A DNA stretch of 64,000 bases. Source: a virus. Its lineage: Duplodnaviria > Heunggongvirae > Uroviricota > Caudoviricetes. Positions 52,096 to 63,109 of this stretch are shown here, in pieces. The stretch's first letter is position 1. Each line of letters opens with the position of its first letter. The stretch is taken from IMG/VR virus record IMGVR_UViG_3300047546_003009; one strand, written 5' to 3'. The position numbers and the translations under genes are program-made. The notes below the pieces were generated by a model. It saw only the letters and a program-made list of their open reading frames with translations, searched no databases and was not told the DNA's origin.

Positions 52096-52130
52096 ACCCC
52101 AAGTCTTTCGATCTTGGGGTTCTTATTTTC
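52096..52130. terminator. bidirectional rho-independent terminator
   Basis: aaaaaaCCCCAAGtctttcgatCTTGGGGttcttatttt, with T-runs on both strands. Confidence 0.6.
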
Positions 52131-52295
52131 AAGTTTTACTGAAACCTAAACTGTAAGAACCCCGCTTCTAACCCAATCATAGGCTGCACGAATAGCAGGT
52201 GAGCATTCACCACTATTCGATAGCTTTTGTGTCTGAGTTAAGGTTCTAAACATTTTATGTTCCTGGTTAATTTGTGTATTCATCTAGTATATAGC

Positions 52296-52736
52296 TCAGT
52301 TTTTGGAATTTTGTTGTTCAAACTCCAAAAATTTTTCATAAAGATGATAATCATACTTAAAAGCCTGCTTTTCCCACGGAAGATCAAGATACTTCATGTT
52401 TAATTCGTTAACATGCATTGACTTCCATTTTGTATGACAAGGAGACAACTCACCCTTCGCATACTGTTTAATGTGAACCATTTCATGTGCCAATGTACAT
52501 AGAGGATCTGTCATTGACGAGTTGAGTTTAACTACGAACTTTCTTGGTTTGTATTGATCATTAATATTTGTAACAAAACACTCACCATAATCCAACATCT
52601 TATTATCAACAACCAACGTTACAAATAAATTCCTACTTAAGTTATGATGCATTAACTCCTTCGTATAAAAATCCAATCCTTTCATTAATCGTTGTTTCAA
52701 ACGCTTACTTCTACAGTTCTGAATTTTATACTTCAT
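52296..52736 (-). CDS. putative zinc metallopeptidase (HExxH)
   Basis: TLAHEMVHIKQY is an HExxH motif. It is a small 146-aa protein. Confidence 0.45.
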   Translation of the reverse strand: MKYKIQNCRSKRLKQRLMKGLDFYTKELMHHNLSRNLFVTLVVDNKMLDYGECFVTNINDQYKPRKFVVKLNSSMTDPLCTLAHEMVHIKQYAKGELSPCHTKWKSMHVNELNMKYLDLPWEKQAFKYDYHLYEKFLEFEQQNSKN

Positions 52737-52915
52737 CCAGTCTCCTCATTCTTCCGGTTCTTCAGTCTCCTCCTGCATTGATGTTAACAACTTATCCATC
52801 TCTAATGGTATATTAACGATGTCAACCAACCACGCAAACAGATGCGTGCACGTCATCATCATAAGTGCAAATGGAGCCAGAAAACAAATGCACGCGAATC
52901 TGTAGAGTAGTTGCA

Positions 52916-54307
52916 TTAATTAAAATCCTCAAAAACGTTTTTGTTGAATTTCTTTTCAGAAATTACTCGTGATCCCGAAGGTGTAGCATCAAATGCAGGC
53001 CCGTCCAACACATCCTGTTGAGCTGACTGCTCAACATTGTACAACCTCATTTTTGCTCTATCGATACCAATAATAAACCTTCTGTTCTTGTTCACGTCAC
53101 TATATCTATTTTTAAGCTGTTTGATCAAAACTTGGTTAAGATCAGCCAACTCATCAGTAGAAATAAGAGCAAACATCAAATCAGCCGTTGCAGGTAGACC
53201 AAAGCTTTCACTCGTGTCCTCGAGACCCAGATCGCTGTTGGTATAACCAGAACGTGTCGTTTGAGTGGCTGAGATAATTGGAACATTGCACTCCACCGCC
53301 AATCCACGCAATTCCTCTGCAATAGATTTAATATATGTGTAGGAGTTAACACTTCCACTGAGCTTCAAACGCGAAGACATGCAAATATTTAGATAGTCGA
53401 TGTAGATGACATCAGGAACAAATTGTTTCTTTGTTCGTAACTCTGTGATAAGATGTCTAAAATTATTTGCACCCGCAGAGCTAGTTGGGTATTCTTTGAT
53501 AATCAACTTACCAGCGTTGGGCATTTTACCCTTCAAACGCTCAACCTTTTTAATATAGGCATCTCGAGGAAGCATTTGAAGTTCGTCAAGTGCCACATTC
53601 AACAGATTTGCATCAATCCTCTCTGCAATACGTTCTTCCGCCATTTCAAGAGTGATGTAAAGAACATTTTTACCCATCATCAAATGGTGGCCAGCAAAAT
53701 GACACATACCGAGCGACTTACCAACACCAGTTCCTGCAAGGATGATGTTAAGTGTCTTTCTCGATAGTCCACCTTTGGTAATTGTATTGAGAAGGTCAAT
53801 GTCGAATGGTAACTTCTCCTCTACCTTATGATAAAGTTCAAATCGTCTTTCGCTGTCATCAATAAAATCGTGACCAATATTATTGTCGAACGAAACAGCC
53901 AGAGCAGAAGAGAGAATGTCTGGAATCGAACCTCTATCATGTTTCTTGTCACCACCGTCGATGATCTTAATCGACGACATGATAGCATTGTATACAGCTT
54001 TATCCTGACAGAACTTTTCTGTCTGATCAACAAGCCATTCCACATCATCGAGCGATTGAGGGTCAAGCCCGTTAATCGTTTCTACAATGGTTTTATATTG
54101 CTCTTCGGATAGGCTAGCACTCTCAATCTCAATCAGTAGAACATCTTTTGTAACACATCGATTAAACTTGTTAACATGCGTTTCAATTACTTTGAACAAT
54201 GCCTTGTCGAGAGGGTCTTGAAAGTATTCCGCTTTGAGAAACGGAACAACCTTTCGCATATAACTCTCATTAAAGGCAAGGTTCTTCAGTATAGTGCGTT
54301 CAATCAT
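52916..54307 (-). CDS. 41: replicative DNA helicase (T4 gp41 / DnaB-like)
   Basis: Walker A ILAGTGVGKSLGM and a DnaB-family C-terminal domain. The position after uvsX matches T4. Confidence 0.9.
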   Translation of the reverse strand: MIERTILKNLAFNESYMRKVVPFLKAEYFQDPLDKALFKVIETHVNKFNRCVTKDVLLIEIESASLSEEQYKTIVETINGLDPQSLDDVEWLVDQTEKFCQDKAVYNAIMSSIKIIDGGDKKHDRGSIPDILSSALAVSFDNNIGHDFIDDSERRFELYHKVEEKLPFDIDLLNTITKGGLSRKTLNIILAGTGVGKSLGMCHFAGHHLMMGKNVLYITLEMAEERIAERIDANLLNVALDELQMLPRDAYIKKVERLKGKMPNAGKLIIKEYPTSSAGANNFRHLITELRTKKQFVPDVIYIDYLNICMSSRLKLSGSVNSYTYIKSIAEELRGLAVECNVPIISATQTTRSGYTNSDLGLEDTSESFGLPATADLMFALISTDELADLNQVLIKQLKNRYSDVNKNRRFIIGIDRAKMRLYNVEQSAQQDVLDGPAFDATPSGSRVISEKKFNKNVFEDFN

Positions 54308-55323
54308 TAAGCAACTCCATATTTGTACTCTTTAGCGGCAGCTTCATCGAGCTGTTTAAGAACATCTTCTGTAAAATATTTTTCTGGGTCCTCGTTAATG
54401 TTCTTACCAAACACCTTATCGCCACTTGGAAGCTCATAGCGAGTCGATACTTTCTTGAAGATGCCATACTTCTCAGCAAGCTCAAGTAGACCGTAATGAC
54501 GATCTAACCCTTTGGAGTAAGTAAGTAGCACACTTGCTTGTTGGTTCTCTTTTGAGAGCCTTGATTTGTACATTTTGACTTTGATGATGTTTCCAACAAT
54601 TTCATCTCCATCCTTTTCTTTCTTTTTTGAGAGCATAGCAATAGTGCTGGCAGCATATTTAAGTCCTGTTCCTCCACCAATTTCTTTTGTTGGTACATAA
54701 GATCCGACTACCTCATAGACATGGTTAGTAACAAGCATCGGTACTTTTACCTTTGCTAACTTAAGAGTTAGAACACGGAAAGCAGCTTTAATCATCTGTG
54801 CTTTCGTCATATCTCGTGTTTCTTTACCCTCCAAGGAATCCTCCATCTCTTTCGTTGTAGATAGAAGTCCAAGACTATCAAGAACAAACATCATGCGAGG
54901 ACGTTTGTCTTCTGGTTGTTTTTCATATGCCTCAAGCATCTTCAGTGCATGAGTTTTGAATTTCTGAATCGTATCTGGTTCGGAGATAATAACGCGTGAC
55001 GTGTCAATACCTCGATCTTCCATCATTCCTTTTGTGACTGCTGCCTCTGTATCGTAGTATACGACACCTCCGTCCGGGAACTGCTCGAGGAAAGATTTGA
55101 CGATCCCAAGAACGAAAAAAGTTTTACCAGTTGCGGACTCTCCTGCAAAAGCAGTAACTTTATTATCAGGTACGCCACCCCAGATGCTACCTGAGACAAC
55201 AGCATTGAGCATGTAGCTACCAGTATCAATAAAACCCCCAAACTCAGCGCTGCCAGTGCCGTCAGCGGCAATAGAAGTATCTTCATCTTTAATTTCCTCA
55301 ACTAAATCTCTAAAAAAGCTCAT
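54307..55323 (-). CDS. uvsX: UvsX RecA-like recombinase
   Basis: [11 protein letters not shown] Walker A and a RecA-fold core. Confidence 0.9.
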   Translation of the reverse strand: MSFFRDLVEEIKDEDTSIAADGTGSAEFGGFIDTGSYMLNAVVSGSIWGGVPDNKVTAFAGESATGKTFFVLGIVKSFLEQFPDGGVVYYDTEAAVTKGMMEDRGIDTSRVIISEPDTIQKFKTHALKMLEAYEKQPEDKRPRMMFVLDSLGLLSTTKEMEDSLEGKETRDMTKAQMIKAAFRVLTLKLAKVKVPMLVTNHVYEVVGSYVPTKEIGGGTGLKYAASTIAMLSKKKEKDGDEIVGNIIKVKMYKSRLSKENQQASVLLTYSKGLDRHYGLLELAEKYGIFKKVSTRYELPSGDKVFGKNINEDPEKYFTEDVLKQLDEAAAKEYKYGVA

Positions 55324-55331
55324 ATGTCACC

Positions 55332-56120
55332 TCACATTTTATACAATGACTGTTCGTCGATCACTATACCTTCTTTTCTTTTTCTTTTCAACTGTTTGAT
55401 ATTTTCAACCCACTCATCGCTATTTTCACTTTCGGGTTTAGTTCTCGTTGATATACCATGATTTGCTGCAATAATCATGACAACAGCGAGCGGATCAAAC
55501 ACAAGAACGATAAGAATGATTATAGCTCTTACTGCTGTGTTTAGCGTCGACTGATCTGTTTTACCGTAGATCATTTCTGCTACGTAACGCAACGGACCAA
55601 CCTCTGCTTCATGTTTTGTTTGTTCTTCAAGTAATGGAACTCGTTTATCATTGAGCTCAATTATCTTATTCTGCACTTCATCTATCTGCTTCTCAAACCT
55701 TCTATTTGGACCAGTGTATCTACTTTGCTGGTCGAGTAAAATTTTTAATCTGTTTTGTTCTATTTGTATCTGTTTGTCAATCATTTCCACTCTAACACCA
55801 GTGACACCAGAAGTTAGTGCAAGGTCTGTATGTGCTTTGGATAGGAATCCAAACACACCGAGCGATGTTATTAGCGAGAGAATAACGACAGCAACTGTTA
55901 GATAATATTTGATTGTCGCAGGAGAATTGTTCCAATACCGGTAAAGCCAAGATGTACAAACGACCTTGGCAGTCTCGATACTAGAGGCCATAACAACAAC
56001 CGGCCAGAAAGCTCCAGCAAAGATTGTTGTAAGGCCAATCACCGAATAATAGCCTGAAACAGAAGCTATTATAAGGGCGACAAAAAGAACCAGGTAGTTA
56101 ATCATTGACCAACTTCTCAA
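55332..56120 (-). CDS. integral membrane protein with coiled-coil segment
   Basis: Four predicted transmembrane helices and a central coiled coil. Confidence 0.35.
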   Translation of the reverse strand: MRSWSMINYLVLFVALIIASVSGYYSVIGLTTIFAGAFWPVVVMASSIETAKVVCTSWLYRYWNNSPATIKYYLTVAVVILSLITSLGVFGFLSKAHTDLALTSGVTGVRVEMIDKQIQIEQNRLKILLDQQSRYTGPNRRFEKQIDEVQNKIIELNDKRVPLLEEQTKHEAEVGPLRYVAEMIYGKTDQSTLNTAVRAIIILIVLVFDPLAVVMIIAANHGISTRTKPESENSDEWVENIKQLKRKRKEGIVIDEQSLYKM

Positions 56121-56392
56121 CCTTATTGATAAACTCCGTAACCTTTTCAGCTCTGTTTGGCCAGTAGATATATTCTTTTTCTGGATTCTTTTTGAGGTTC
56201 ATGAGAAGTGGCATAATCAGTTTATACAGAGCTTCAAGCTTTGTTTGGTATTGTTCTGAAACAGCACCGAGCTGTGATGCTGTCTTCTCCAAATTCTCTT
56301 GAAGCGTGCGTTCTATTTCTTTTAGCTCATCTTCTGACACAGCCGAGAAGCCAAAATCATCATACGCATCGTCAATTGAAATTGTTGGTTTC

Positions 56393-58975
56393 TTAATCAT
56401 TGAAAAAGTCCTCTAATGTGTAATGCTTTTCTGTCTTCCAACCAATAGCATCAAGAATTGTTTTTAGTGGTTCAAGAAACGACTTCTCAAACTGTGTATC
56501 ATGATCAATATAATTCTCTAGTCCAAGTTCTGGTGGAAGAATACCAGGAGCAGCAATGACGTTCTGTCGACACGGATTTGGCATCTTCATGTAACAAAAC
56601 TTAATCTTATCGCCATTAGTTACTGTAGGATACTTTGCCTTAAGGTTTCTTTCAGCAATCATCTGGTTGTAAACAATCGTACCACGTACGTGTATTGGAC
56701 ATCCAGACTTTACACCAGAACCACCTTGCATCCACTTGTCAATATTCTGAACGCCTCGAGGAAATGCAACCTCCTCAAACGGTAATTTTGAAAATTCATC
56801 TCTAAACTTTTGAATAAATTCAATTGTGCTCTCTTCATCCTTGTTCATAATCACTTCAAGTGCTTTCTTGAAGTGTTCTCTACATGAAGATGGTGTTGAG
56901 GAGCGAACAGCCTCAATACCTTGCATTTTTAGTTTAGGTGACTTGTATCTGACACCTTCGTTATCATACACATTAAGGATGTAATGCTTTTTACCAGTCC
57001 AGATACCTTTATCAGCAATTGCCTCCCTCTTCATTTTCATCTTTTGCTGATAGGCGTTGACATGATGTCCAAGCTCATCATACGTTTTGTCAATAAACGG
57101 CTCAAACACCTTGCTGCAATCGCTGTCAAGAATGTCAATCAGTTCAAGTGTGTTCTTATCACCGTAAAACTTTTTGACATACTTCTCAAGATCGATATAC
57201 ATCGAGTCTGTATCACACGCGATTACATAATCAACATTTAACGTTTCAAGCTTTTCGTTGAGATACTGATTGATATGTTTTTCCATCCAACGAATAGCTA
57301 GCTGGCCAGACAGCGTAATAGACTCAGCATACTTTCTATCAAACCAACGAAAGAACTTGTTGCCAAGCGCACCATAAGCACTATTTAGTTGAATCTTTTT
57401 AGCTAGCTGCATGTTATGGCATCGAGCTATTTCGTTACGAAGTTCAACAGTCGGTGTTTGTTCATACTTCTGCTTAGCTTCAAGCATTCTCTTTTTCCAA
57501 ACAACTCGATCGTCGTACATCTTTTCCATCAGATGAGGAAGGAACCCTTGACGGTCACGGTCAAACATACATCCTGAACCACAAAACGTTACGTTGTTCT
57601 CTTCAAGTATCTTTTTGAGTTTTGGATTTGCAATCCCACCTTGAACCAGCTGTTCAACATCAACACCTCCCTTACGATCAACGTATGTGTCGGGGGAGAT
57701 GTTGTACTGCATAATAATATGCGGATACAGACTATTAAGGTCAAAAGAAACAACCCAGTTATGCAATCCATTAAGTGGATCTTTTACATACGCACCTTGA
57801 ATAGTTCCCTCATACTCTACACCAGTCCTACTTTCACGGTCAAAGAAAGGAACAACGATGTTTTTCGACAGCAAATAATTGTGAATTATAACATCCCAAA
57901 TTCGCACAGTAGTGAGCGACTCGATAAGGTTGGCTTTAGCGTCGTATGCCAAAGCACAGGCCTGCTCGATAAGCTTCATCTTGTCTTCAAGCTCATAAAC
58001 CAGTTCCACGTCAACAATGTTATAGTTTATGAAGTTCTGATAGTCTTTCTTATAGAATTCATCAAGAGTATCGTATCCCAAACCTCTATAATCCAACTTC
58101 TTCTTACCAAGCTCGCTATGAGCAATATGGTCTAGTTTATAACTCTCTTGAGGAGTGTATGAAAACTTTTTATACAACACGAGATAGTCGAGAACGGTAA
58201 TTCCAGCTGGACAAAGGATTGGCACAAACTCTTCACCACCATCAAACTTGGGTGATGGGACGTAGCGCACATCGAAGAAACCAAACGGAGACATTTTCTT
58301 CGAAGATCCTTCGCCAAGAATATTTTCAATACGTCGAATCAAGTATGGCATGTCGAACCCTTCGACGTTCCATCCTGTGACGATGTCGGGGCTCCATTGC
58401 TTTGACCGCCAAACAGTTAGAAACTTTTCTAGGAGGTCTTTCTCATCTTCACATTTAATATAGATGACGTTTTTCTTTTCCTTCTTATATGGCTTTGTGC
58501 CGAGCACAACATACTCGCTGTTTCTACACAGCGTAATAGCCGTTACTTCTTTGTTTGCAGTGTTAAGATCGGGAAAGCCACCTTCCGAATCGGTCTCAAT
58601 ATCGAGCGTCATAACCGATATTAGAGACATATCATGAATGCACTCGCCTGGATAGTGTTTATTAATGAAGTAGTGAACAAGTTCAAATTCTTTGTAACCA
58701 AAACCATAGAACATCTTTTGGTCTTCAACACCTTTATACATTTCAATAAAGTTACGAAGGTGTTTTCTTGACTCAAACTTTTTCTTTTTAACTCGTTTGC
58801 CATCTAGCGTGCGAAACGTTGTTTGATCGGAATCTTTGGCAGGTATGAAGATTTCAGGTTCGCAAACAATTCGTTGCTCAACCCGTTTTCCTTCTTCATA
58901 ACCTCTAACACAGAATTCGTTAGTCTTGACATCGTAACTAACTGCGGTATAAAATCGGCTCATAGCTAAATCCAT
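56393..58975 (-). CDS. 43: DNA polymerase, family B (T4 gp43-like)
   Basis: Exo motifs, SLYPHIIMQYNISPDT (motif A) and YVIACDTDSMYIDL (motif C). Confidence 0.95.
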   Translation of the reverse strand: MDLAMSRFYTAVSYDVKTNEFCVRGYEEGKRVEQRIVCEPEIFIPAKDSDQTTFRTLDGKRVKKKKFESRKHLRNFIEMYKGVEDQKMFYGFGYKEFELVHYFINKHYPGECIHDMSLISVMTLDIETDSEGGFPDLNTANKEVTAITLCRNSEYVVLGTKPYKKEKKNVIYIKCEDEKDLLEKFLTVWRSKQWSPDIVTGWNVEGFDMPYLIRRIENILGEGSSKKMSPFGFFDVRYVPSPKFDGGEEFVPILCPAGITVLDYLVLYKKFSYTPQESYKLDHIAHSELGKKKLDYRGLGYDTLDEFYKKDYQNFINYNIVDVELVYELEDKMKLIEQACALAYDAKANLIESLTTVRIWDVIIHNYLLSKNIVVPFFDRESRTGVEYEGTIQGAYVKDPLNGLHNWVVSFDLNSLYPHIIMQYNISPDTYVDRKGGVDVEQLVQGGIANPKLKKILEENNVTFCGSGCMFDRDRQGFLPHLMEKMYDDRVVWKKRMLEAKQKYEQTPTVELRNEIARCHNMQLAKKIQLNSAYGALGNKFFRWFDRKYAESITLSGQLAIRWMEKHINQYLNEKLETLNVDYVIACDTDSMYIDLEKYVKKFYGDKNTLELIDILDSDCSKVFEPFIDKTYDELGHHVNAYQQKMKMKREAIADKGIWTGKKHYILNVYDNEGVRYKSPKLKMQGIEAVRSSTPSSCREHFKKALEVIMNKDEESTIEFIQKFRDEFSKLPFEEVAFPRGVQNIDKWMQGGSGVKSGCPIHVRGTIVYNQMIAERNLKAKYPTVTNGDKIKFCYMKMPNPCRQNVIAAPGILPPELGLENYIDHDTQFEKSFLEPLKTILDAIGWKTEKHYTLEDFFND

Positions 58976-59027
58976 TACGCAAAAATATATGATACATCAA
59001 TTTATCAAAAAACTCAACCGCAAAAAA

Positions 59028-59052
59028 GAAAAGGGGCCTGGTGGCCCCTTTT
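59028..59052 (-). terminator. rho-independent terminator after hsp20
   Basis: aaaaGGGGCCtggtGGCCCCtttt. Confidence 0.55.
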
Positions 59053-59157
59053 GTCAACGCACTCTGTATGAGCGCTCTTTGTATCTTGATTGCATCTCTC
59101 TTGCTTCGAAGAGAGCGTTAACAACGTTTGATACAAATTTAAATATTGATTTCATTT

Positions 59158-59640
59158 CTACTCCGTTAATAGTTGCTTTGTACTTTGTGTGGGTTCGTTG
59201 ATGTCTATTTTCTTAGGTTTCTTATGTTCAGGAATAATTTGTTCAAAAAAAATCTTAAGCATACCATTGACAAGATCAGCGTTCTTTATCTCAAGTGTAT
59301 CATCAAGTGCAAACGTGCGAGTAAATGCTCGTGATGCAATTCCTTTGTACAAAAATCTATCTGTATCGTCTTTTGTATTACCCTTAACGATCAGTTTACC
59401 ATCCTCAAGTGTAATCTCAATGTCTTGTTTTGCAAAACCAGCTACCGCAATCTCCACAACATATTTGTTTTCGTCAAGTTTTTTGATATTGTATGGAGGA
59501 TATCCTGGAATGTTTTTTGCAAGATCATCATGCATCTTAGACAGTTTATTAAAGTGGTTATCAAATCCAACAAAGAATGGATCAAATTCTTTTGCCCAGT
59601 CTTGTCCGAAAGCATGTGCTAACGTCTTGATGTTAGTCAT
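59158..59640 (-). CDS. hsp20: Hsp20/alpha-crystallin small heat-shock protein
   Basis: NIKKLDENKYVVEIAVAGFAKQDIEITLEDGKLIVKG alpha-crystallin domain. Confidence 0.85.
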   Translation of the reverse strand: MTNIKTLAHAFGQDWAKEFDPFFVGFDNHFNKLSKMHDDLAKNIPGYPPYNIKKLDENKYVVEIAVAGFAKQDIEITLEDGKLIVKGNTKDDTDRFLYKGIASRAFTRTFALDDTLEIKNADLVNGMLKIFFEQIIPEHKKPKKIDINEPTQSTKQLLTE

Positions 59641-59764
59641 CTTTTATCTCCTTATTAAGCAAGTTAAAAATAGCGAAGGCCCCGTTAGGCAACCTTCGCT
59701 ATTATATATTGCAAAAATGTTGTATTACAACATTTTTATTGACGCGTTTTATTGAACGTACAGA

Positions 59765-60508
59765 TTAGTTTTTCTTAACTAAGCGGTAACTAGCTTTACG
59801 GGAAGTTTTTTCAATCAATTCCCAACCATGCTTAAAAAGCTTTTCTTCAAGAAGATCGTGGAGGTATAACTCAATGTCATCAAAGACCCATACTGAACCT
59901 TCCACACATCGAGACTGATAGAAATCTATTTCTTCCAAAAGAGCTTCAAGTGTATGAGGTCCATCAAAGAAAACCAGCGCGTAGTTTGTCTCCACTATTT
60001 TATATTCATTATAAAAAGGAACACCATCTGCAAACCGTTTGAAAAACTCAGTATCTTCCATACACTGAATTAAAATGTTTACTGGTTTATTTTGAACATA
60101 CTCGTAGATTGCAGGTATAGCTTCATTACGCATCTCATTTGTATAATTAAGTTTCAGTGAATCTCTGTTTTCCTTCTCACCAATTGGGTAATCGATATTA
60201 CCGTAAGGATCAATGCAGACAATGTTGCGGTAGTAATCTTGATTTTGCAACAGATTATCGATTATAACTTTCATACTACCACCGCGTCTTGTTCCTATTT
60301 CACATATCATACCAGGAACATTTTTGATTTCCTTTACTGCGTTAGCAAGAACTTGGTAGTCTCGGCTGTCTGTTTCCAAACTCTTTGTATTTCGTTTGTT
60401 GCTTAAAACAAACTCGCGCTGAAATACTTTTTGATTACCACTATCATCAACAATACCGTTAATTTTCATTACGTTGTCGTTGATTTCCATCTGCACCTTT
60501 ACATCCAT
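59765..60508 (-). CDS. class I SAM-dependent methyltransferase (Methyltransf_24-like)
   Basis: MICEIGTRRGGS motif I and a downstream FFDGPHT. Confidence 0.45.
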   Translation of the reverse strand: MDVKVQMEINDNVMKINGIVDDSGNQKVFQREFVLSNKRNTKSLETDSRDYQVLANAVKEIKNVPGMICEIGTRRGGSMKVIIDNLLQNQDYYRNIVCIDPYGNIDYPIGEKENRDSLKLNYTNEMRNEAIPAIYEYVQNKPVNILIQCMEDTEFFKRFADGVPFYNEYKIVETNYALVFFDGPHTLEALLEEIDFYQSRCVEGSVWVFDDIELYLHDLLEEKLFKHGWELIEKTSRKASYRLVKKN

Positions 60509-60522
60509 AACAAAACTCCTTT

Positions 60523-60912
60523 CTATCGTTTACCAATATTATATTTTGCTACTAATTCCCATTCACTTTTTTCTTTATGCGAGATCACTTTAATCTGACT
60601 TAGTGGTGCTTTTGGTTCTGCTGACTTCTGAGTGCTGACTAATTTTACAAGACCCCACTCGGCAAGAAGATTTGCTATCGTATTTCTACGACCAACATCT
60701 TCTTCTGAAAAGTTTGAGGGTTTTCCATCCAAAGCAAAGAGCTCTTTAAAATGAACAATGTAATACTTTCCCTGTTTATGGAGAATGTGACAGCTCTGGA
60801 AAAGTTTTTTATCTTTTCTTGATGCCACGCCAATACGTGTCAATGTCTCTCTGACTTTGAGGAATGAATCCTGATCAATGAGCGTTACTTCCACTAAACT
60901 TTCTATATTCAT
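60523..60912 (-). CDS. regA: RegA translational repressor of early genes
   Basis: Aligns along its whole length to T4 RegA (VTLIDQDSFLKVRETLTRIGVAS...LFQSCHILHKQGKYYIVHFKEL). Confidence 0.85.
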   Translation of the reverse strand: MNIESLVEVTLIDQDSFLKVRETLTRIGVASRKDKKLFQSCHILHKQGKYYIVHFKELFALDGKPSNFSEEDVGRRNTIANLLAEWGLVKLVSTQKSAEPKAPLSQIKVISHKEKSEWELVAKYNIGKR

Positions 60913-61361
60913 GTTCCACCTTTTTGTAGTTTTTTCTTTATAAGGCTTATTTGATCACTAGAAAGTAACGACAAAGCTTGCAATGTTTTATCATTATTAT
61001 ACTGATAATATTGCTGTATAGCCTCAAAATCATCACTCTCCACTTTTTTAACCCACTTAGCGTAACGCTTTGAAGGGCGTATACTATTTAGAAGAAAGTG
61101 ATATTGAAGCTTGTTATCGAGCAGTGGATACTTGTTCATCTCATTGCTATAAGCAATGCAGTCGGGAAAATACGATAATCCACGATTGACAAGGAACGGT
61201 TTATACAGTTTTTCGGCTAAATCAGGATTGTCACTGGTATCAATAACATCCTTTTTATTATGGGTAATCGAGTTTATAAAATCAAAAGGGTTCATTTTCG
61301 GTCCAGGATTCTGCATACCACCGTGCAACATCTGCCCTTTCAAACGACTCTGTAGCAACAA
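60909..61361 (-). CDS. 62: clamp-loader small subunit (T4 gp62-like)
   Basis: FDFINSITHNKKD, SYFPDCIAYSNEMN and RPSKRYAKWVKK align to T4 gp62. The start is uncertain (a 61295 alternative). Confidence 0.55.
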   Translation of the reverse strand: MLLQSRLKGQMLHGGMQNPGPKMNPFDFINSITHNKKDVIDTSDNPDLAEKLYKPFLVNRGLSYFPDCIAYSNEMNKYPLLDNKLQYHFLLNSIRPSKRYAKWVKKVESDDFEAIQQYYQYNNDKTLQALSLLSSDQISLIKKKLQKGGT

Positions 61362-61478
61362 TCACCTTGTTTTCGTACCGATTAACAATAAATTTAACCG
61401 TTGCAAACTCCATATCTCTCGAAATTGTTGATACACGTTTTCCGTCTTTGCTTGTATAAGTGGCGAAGGCGACGAGTT

Positions 61479-62432
61479 TCATTTGAAAGTACACTCAACC
61501 ATAATCTCAGTAAAACACGCAGTCATGTTAATTTCATGATCTGCAACAAACGCTGCTTTATACTGATAGTCTGCGAGAATAAGAACAAGTTGTGGAATAC
61601 TTGCAGGAGTTAGCACCTCGGCTGCGAAGTCGTAGAACTTGCGGAACATGGTAGTCTGATCAATATCACTATTTTCACCGACCCACTTTCTAACATCCGA
61701 GAAAGACTTCTGTTTCATCGCGGATACAAGCGTTTTAAACGATTCGTCCGTGAAGGAGGTCAGAATGCCGGAGTCAATCTTTCCAACCGCTGAAAAACGC
61801 TGCAATTCGTTTAATACGCGGCGCCAATCCGGGAAATACTTCGTGATAAGAGCAGCAATTACCTTTTCTTCAAATTCAACACCCTCAGCACAAAGAATAT
61901 TGATAATGTGCTTATAGAACTCAAGTGCAAGTTTGGGCTTTTCTTTGTTGTCAATCTTAAAGTCTACAACGCTGCACCGAGAGTGCAGCGGTTCGATAAT
62001 TCTATTCTTGAAATTACAAGTAAGAATGAATCCACAGTTGTTTGAGAACTCTTCCATAAAGTTTCGAAGAGCTGGTTGTGTAGAGTTAGGATTTAGGTAA
62101 TCTGCTTCATCAAGGATAACATATTTACGACCACCAGTTAATGAAACCGTTGAAGCGAACGTCGTAATATCATTACGAAGCGTATCAATATTACCGTTAA
62201 GCGACCCGTTAATAACAACGTAATCACAATCGAGCTCGTTGAGCATTGCTTTCGCAACAGTGGTTTTACCAACACCTGCTCGCCCCGTCAGCAATAGATT
62301 AGGAATGTTACCCTCGTTAACAAACTGTTGGAACACGGACTTCAACGACTGAGGAAGCACACAATCACTAACAGTCTTAGGTCTATACTTCTCTACCCAC
62401 AGAAAATCATCACGAATCATTACAAACCTCAC
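61479..62432 (-). CDS. 44: clamp-loader ATPase subunit (T4 gp44-like)
   Basis: AAA+ Walker A GRAGVGKTT and Walker B ILDEAD. Confidence 0.9.
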   Translation of the reverse strand: MRFVMIRDDFLWVEKYRPKTVSDCVLPQSLKSVFQQFVNEGNIPNLLLTGRAGVGKTTVAKAMLNELDCDYVVINGSLNGNIDTLRNDITTFASTVSLTGGRKYVILDEADYLNPNSTQPALRNFMEEFSNNCGFILTCNFKNRIIEPLHSRCSVVDFKIDNKEKPKLALEFYKHIINILCAEGVEFEEKVIAALITKYFPDWRRVLNELQRFSAVGKIDSGILTSFTDESFKTLVSAMKQKSFSDVRKWVGENSDIDQTTMFRKFYDFAAEVLTPASIPQLVLILADYQYKAAFVADHEINMTACFTEIMVECTFK

Positions 62433-63109
62433 TTAGTAAATGTAGAGTTTTTACCGTTAATTGCAATCCAGTATTGGATATCATTTCCTTTGAAACATGA
62501 AATACCACCAACAGAAATTGTTACATCATAGTCACCGGGAACAAGTTTCAGATGTTCACCGGAGAACATCATTGTGAACTCGTGTTCCGTAGTTCCAACT
62601 TCAACCTCATACCTGTCATTGGTTGTTTTCTTTTCTCCATCCATAGCAACAAGTTTAATGATTTTACGATCCCCAACAACAGCCACTGTTGGAAGTTGGA
62701 GAACATGAAGAGCCTTCATCAATCCAACATAAACAGATTGTGTGACGCTAAACTTGATATCTTCACTTTTGAGTTTAATATCCTTATCAGGTGGTGCAAC
62801 AATCATTGAAGGGTCTGTGTAGTAGAAGCTAATCGCTTGATTTCCATTAATCATCTTGAGGTGGTTAGTTTCAAACTCCACCTCAGGATCATCAAACAGA
62901 GACATTGTTCCTAAAAACTTCACGAGATTGTAGATTGCAAACTCTCTATCAAACGTCTCGTCAATTTTTGCCCGAGCAAGAATTTCCTTATTGGGAGAAA
63001 CAGTGGATAACACGCTTCCCTTTCTTACAAGGATAGATTCATTAATCAGCGAAAAGTTTTTAAGAATCTGTAATGTTTTTGCACTTATTTTCATAATATA
63101 GATCTCCAA
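62429..63109 (-). CDS. 45: sliding clamp (T4 gp45-like)
   Basis: The N-terminal MKISAKTLQILKNFSLINESI aligns to T4 gp45, and it lies upstream of gp44. Confidence 0.8.
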   Translation of the reverse strand: MEIYIMKISAKTLQILKNFSLINESILVRKGSVLSTVSPNKEILARAKIDETFDREFAIYNLVKFLGTMSLFDDPEVEFETNHLKMINGNQAISFYYTDPSMIVAPPDKDIKLKSEDIKFSVTQSVYVGLMKALHVLQLPTVAVVGDRKIIKLVAMDGEKKTTNDRYEVEVGTTEHEFTMMFSGEHLKLVPGDYDVTISVGGISCFKGNDIQYWIAINGKNSTFTK

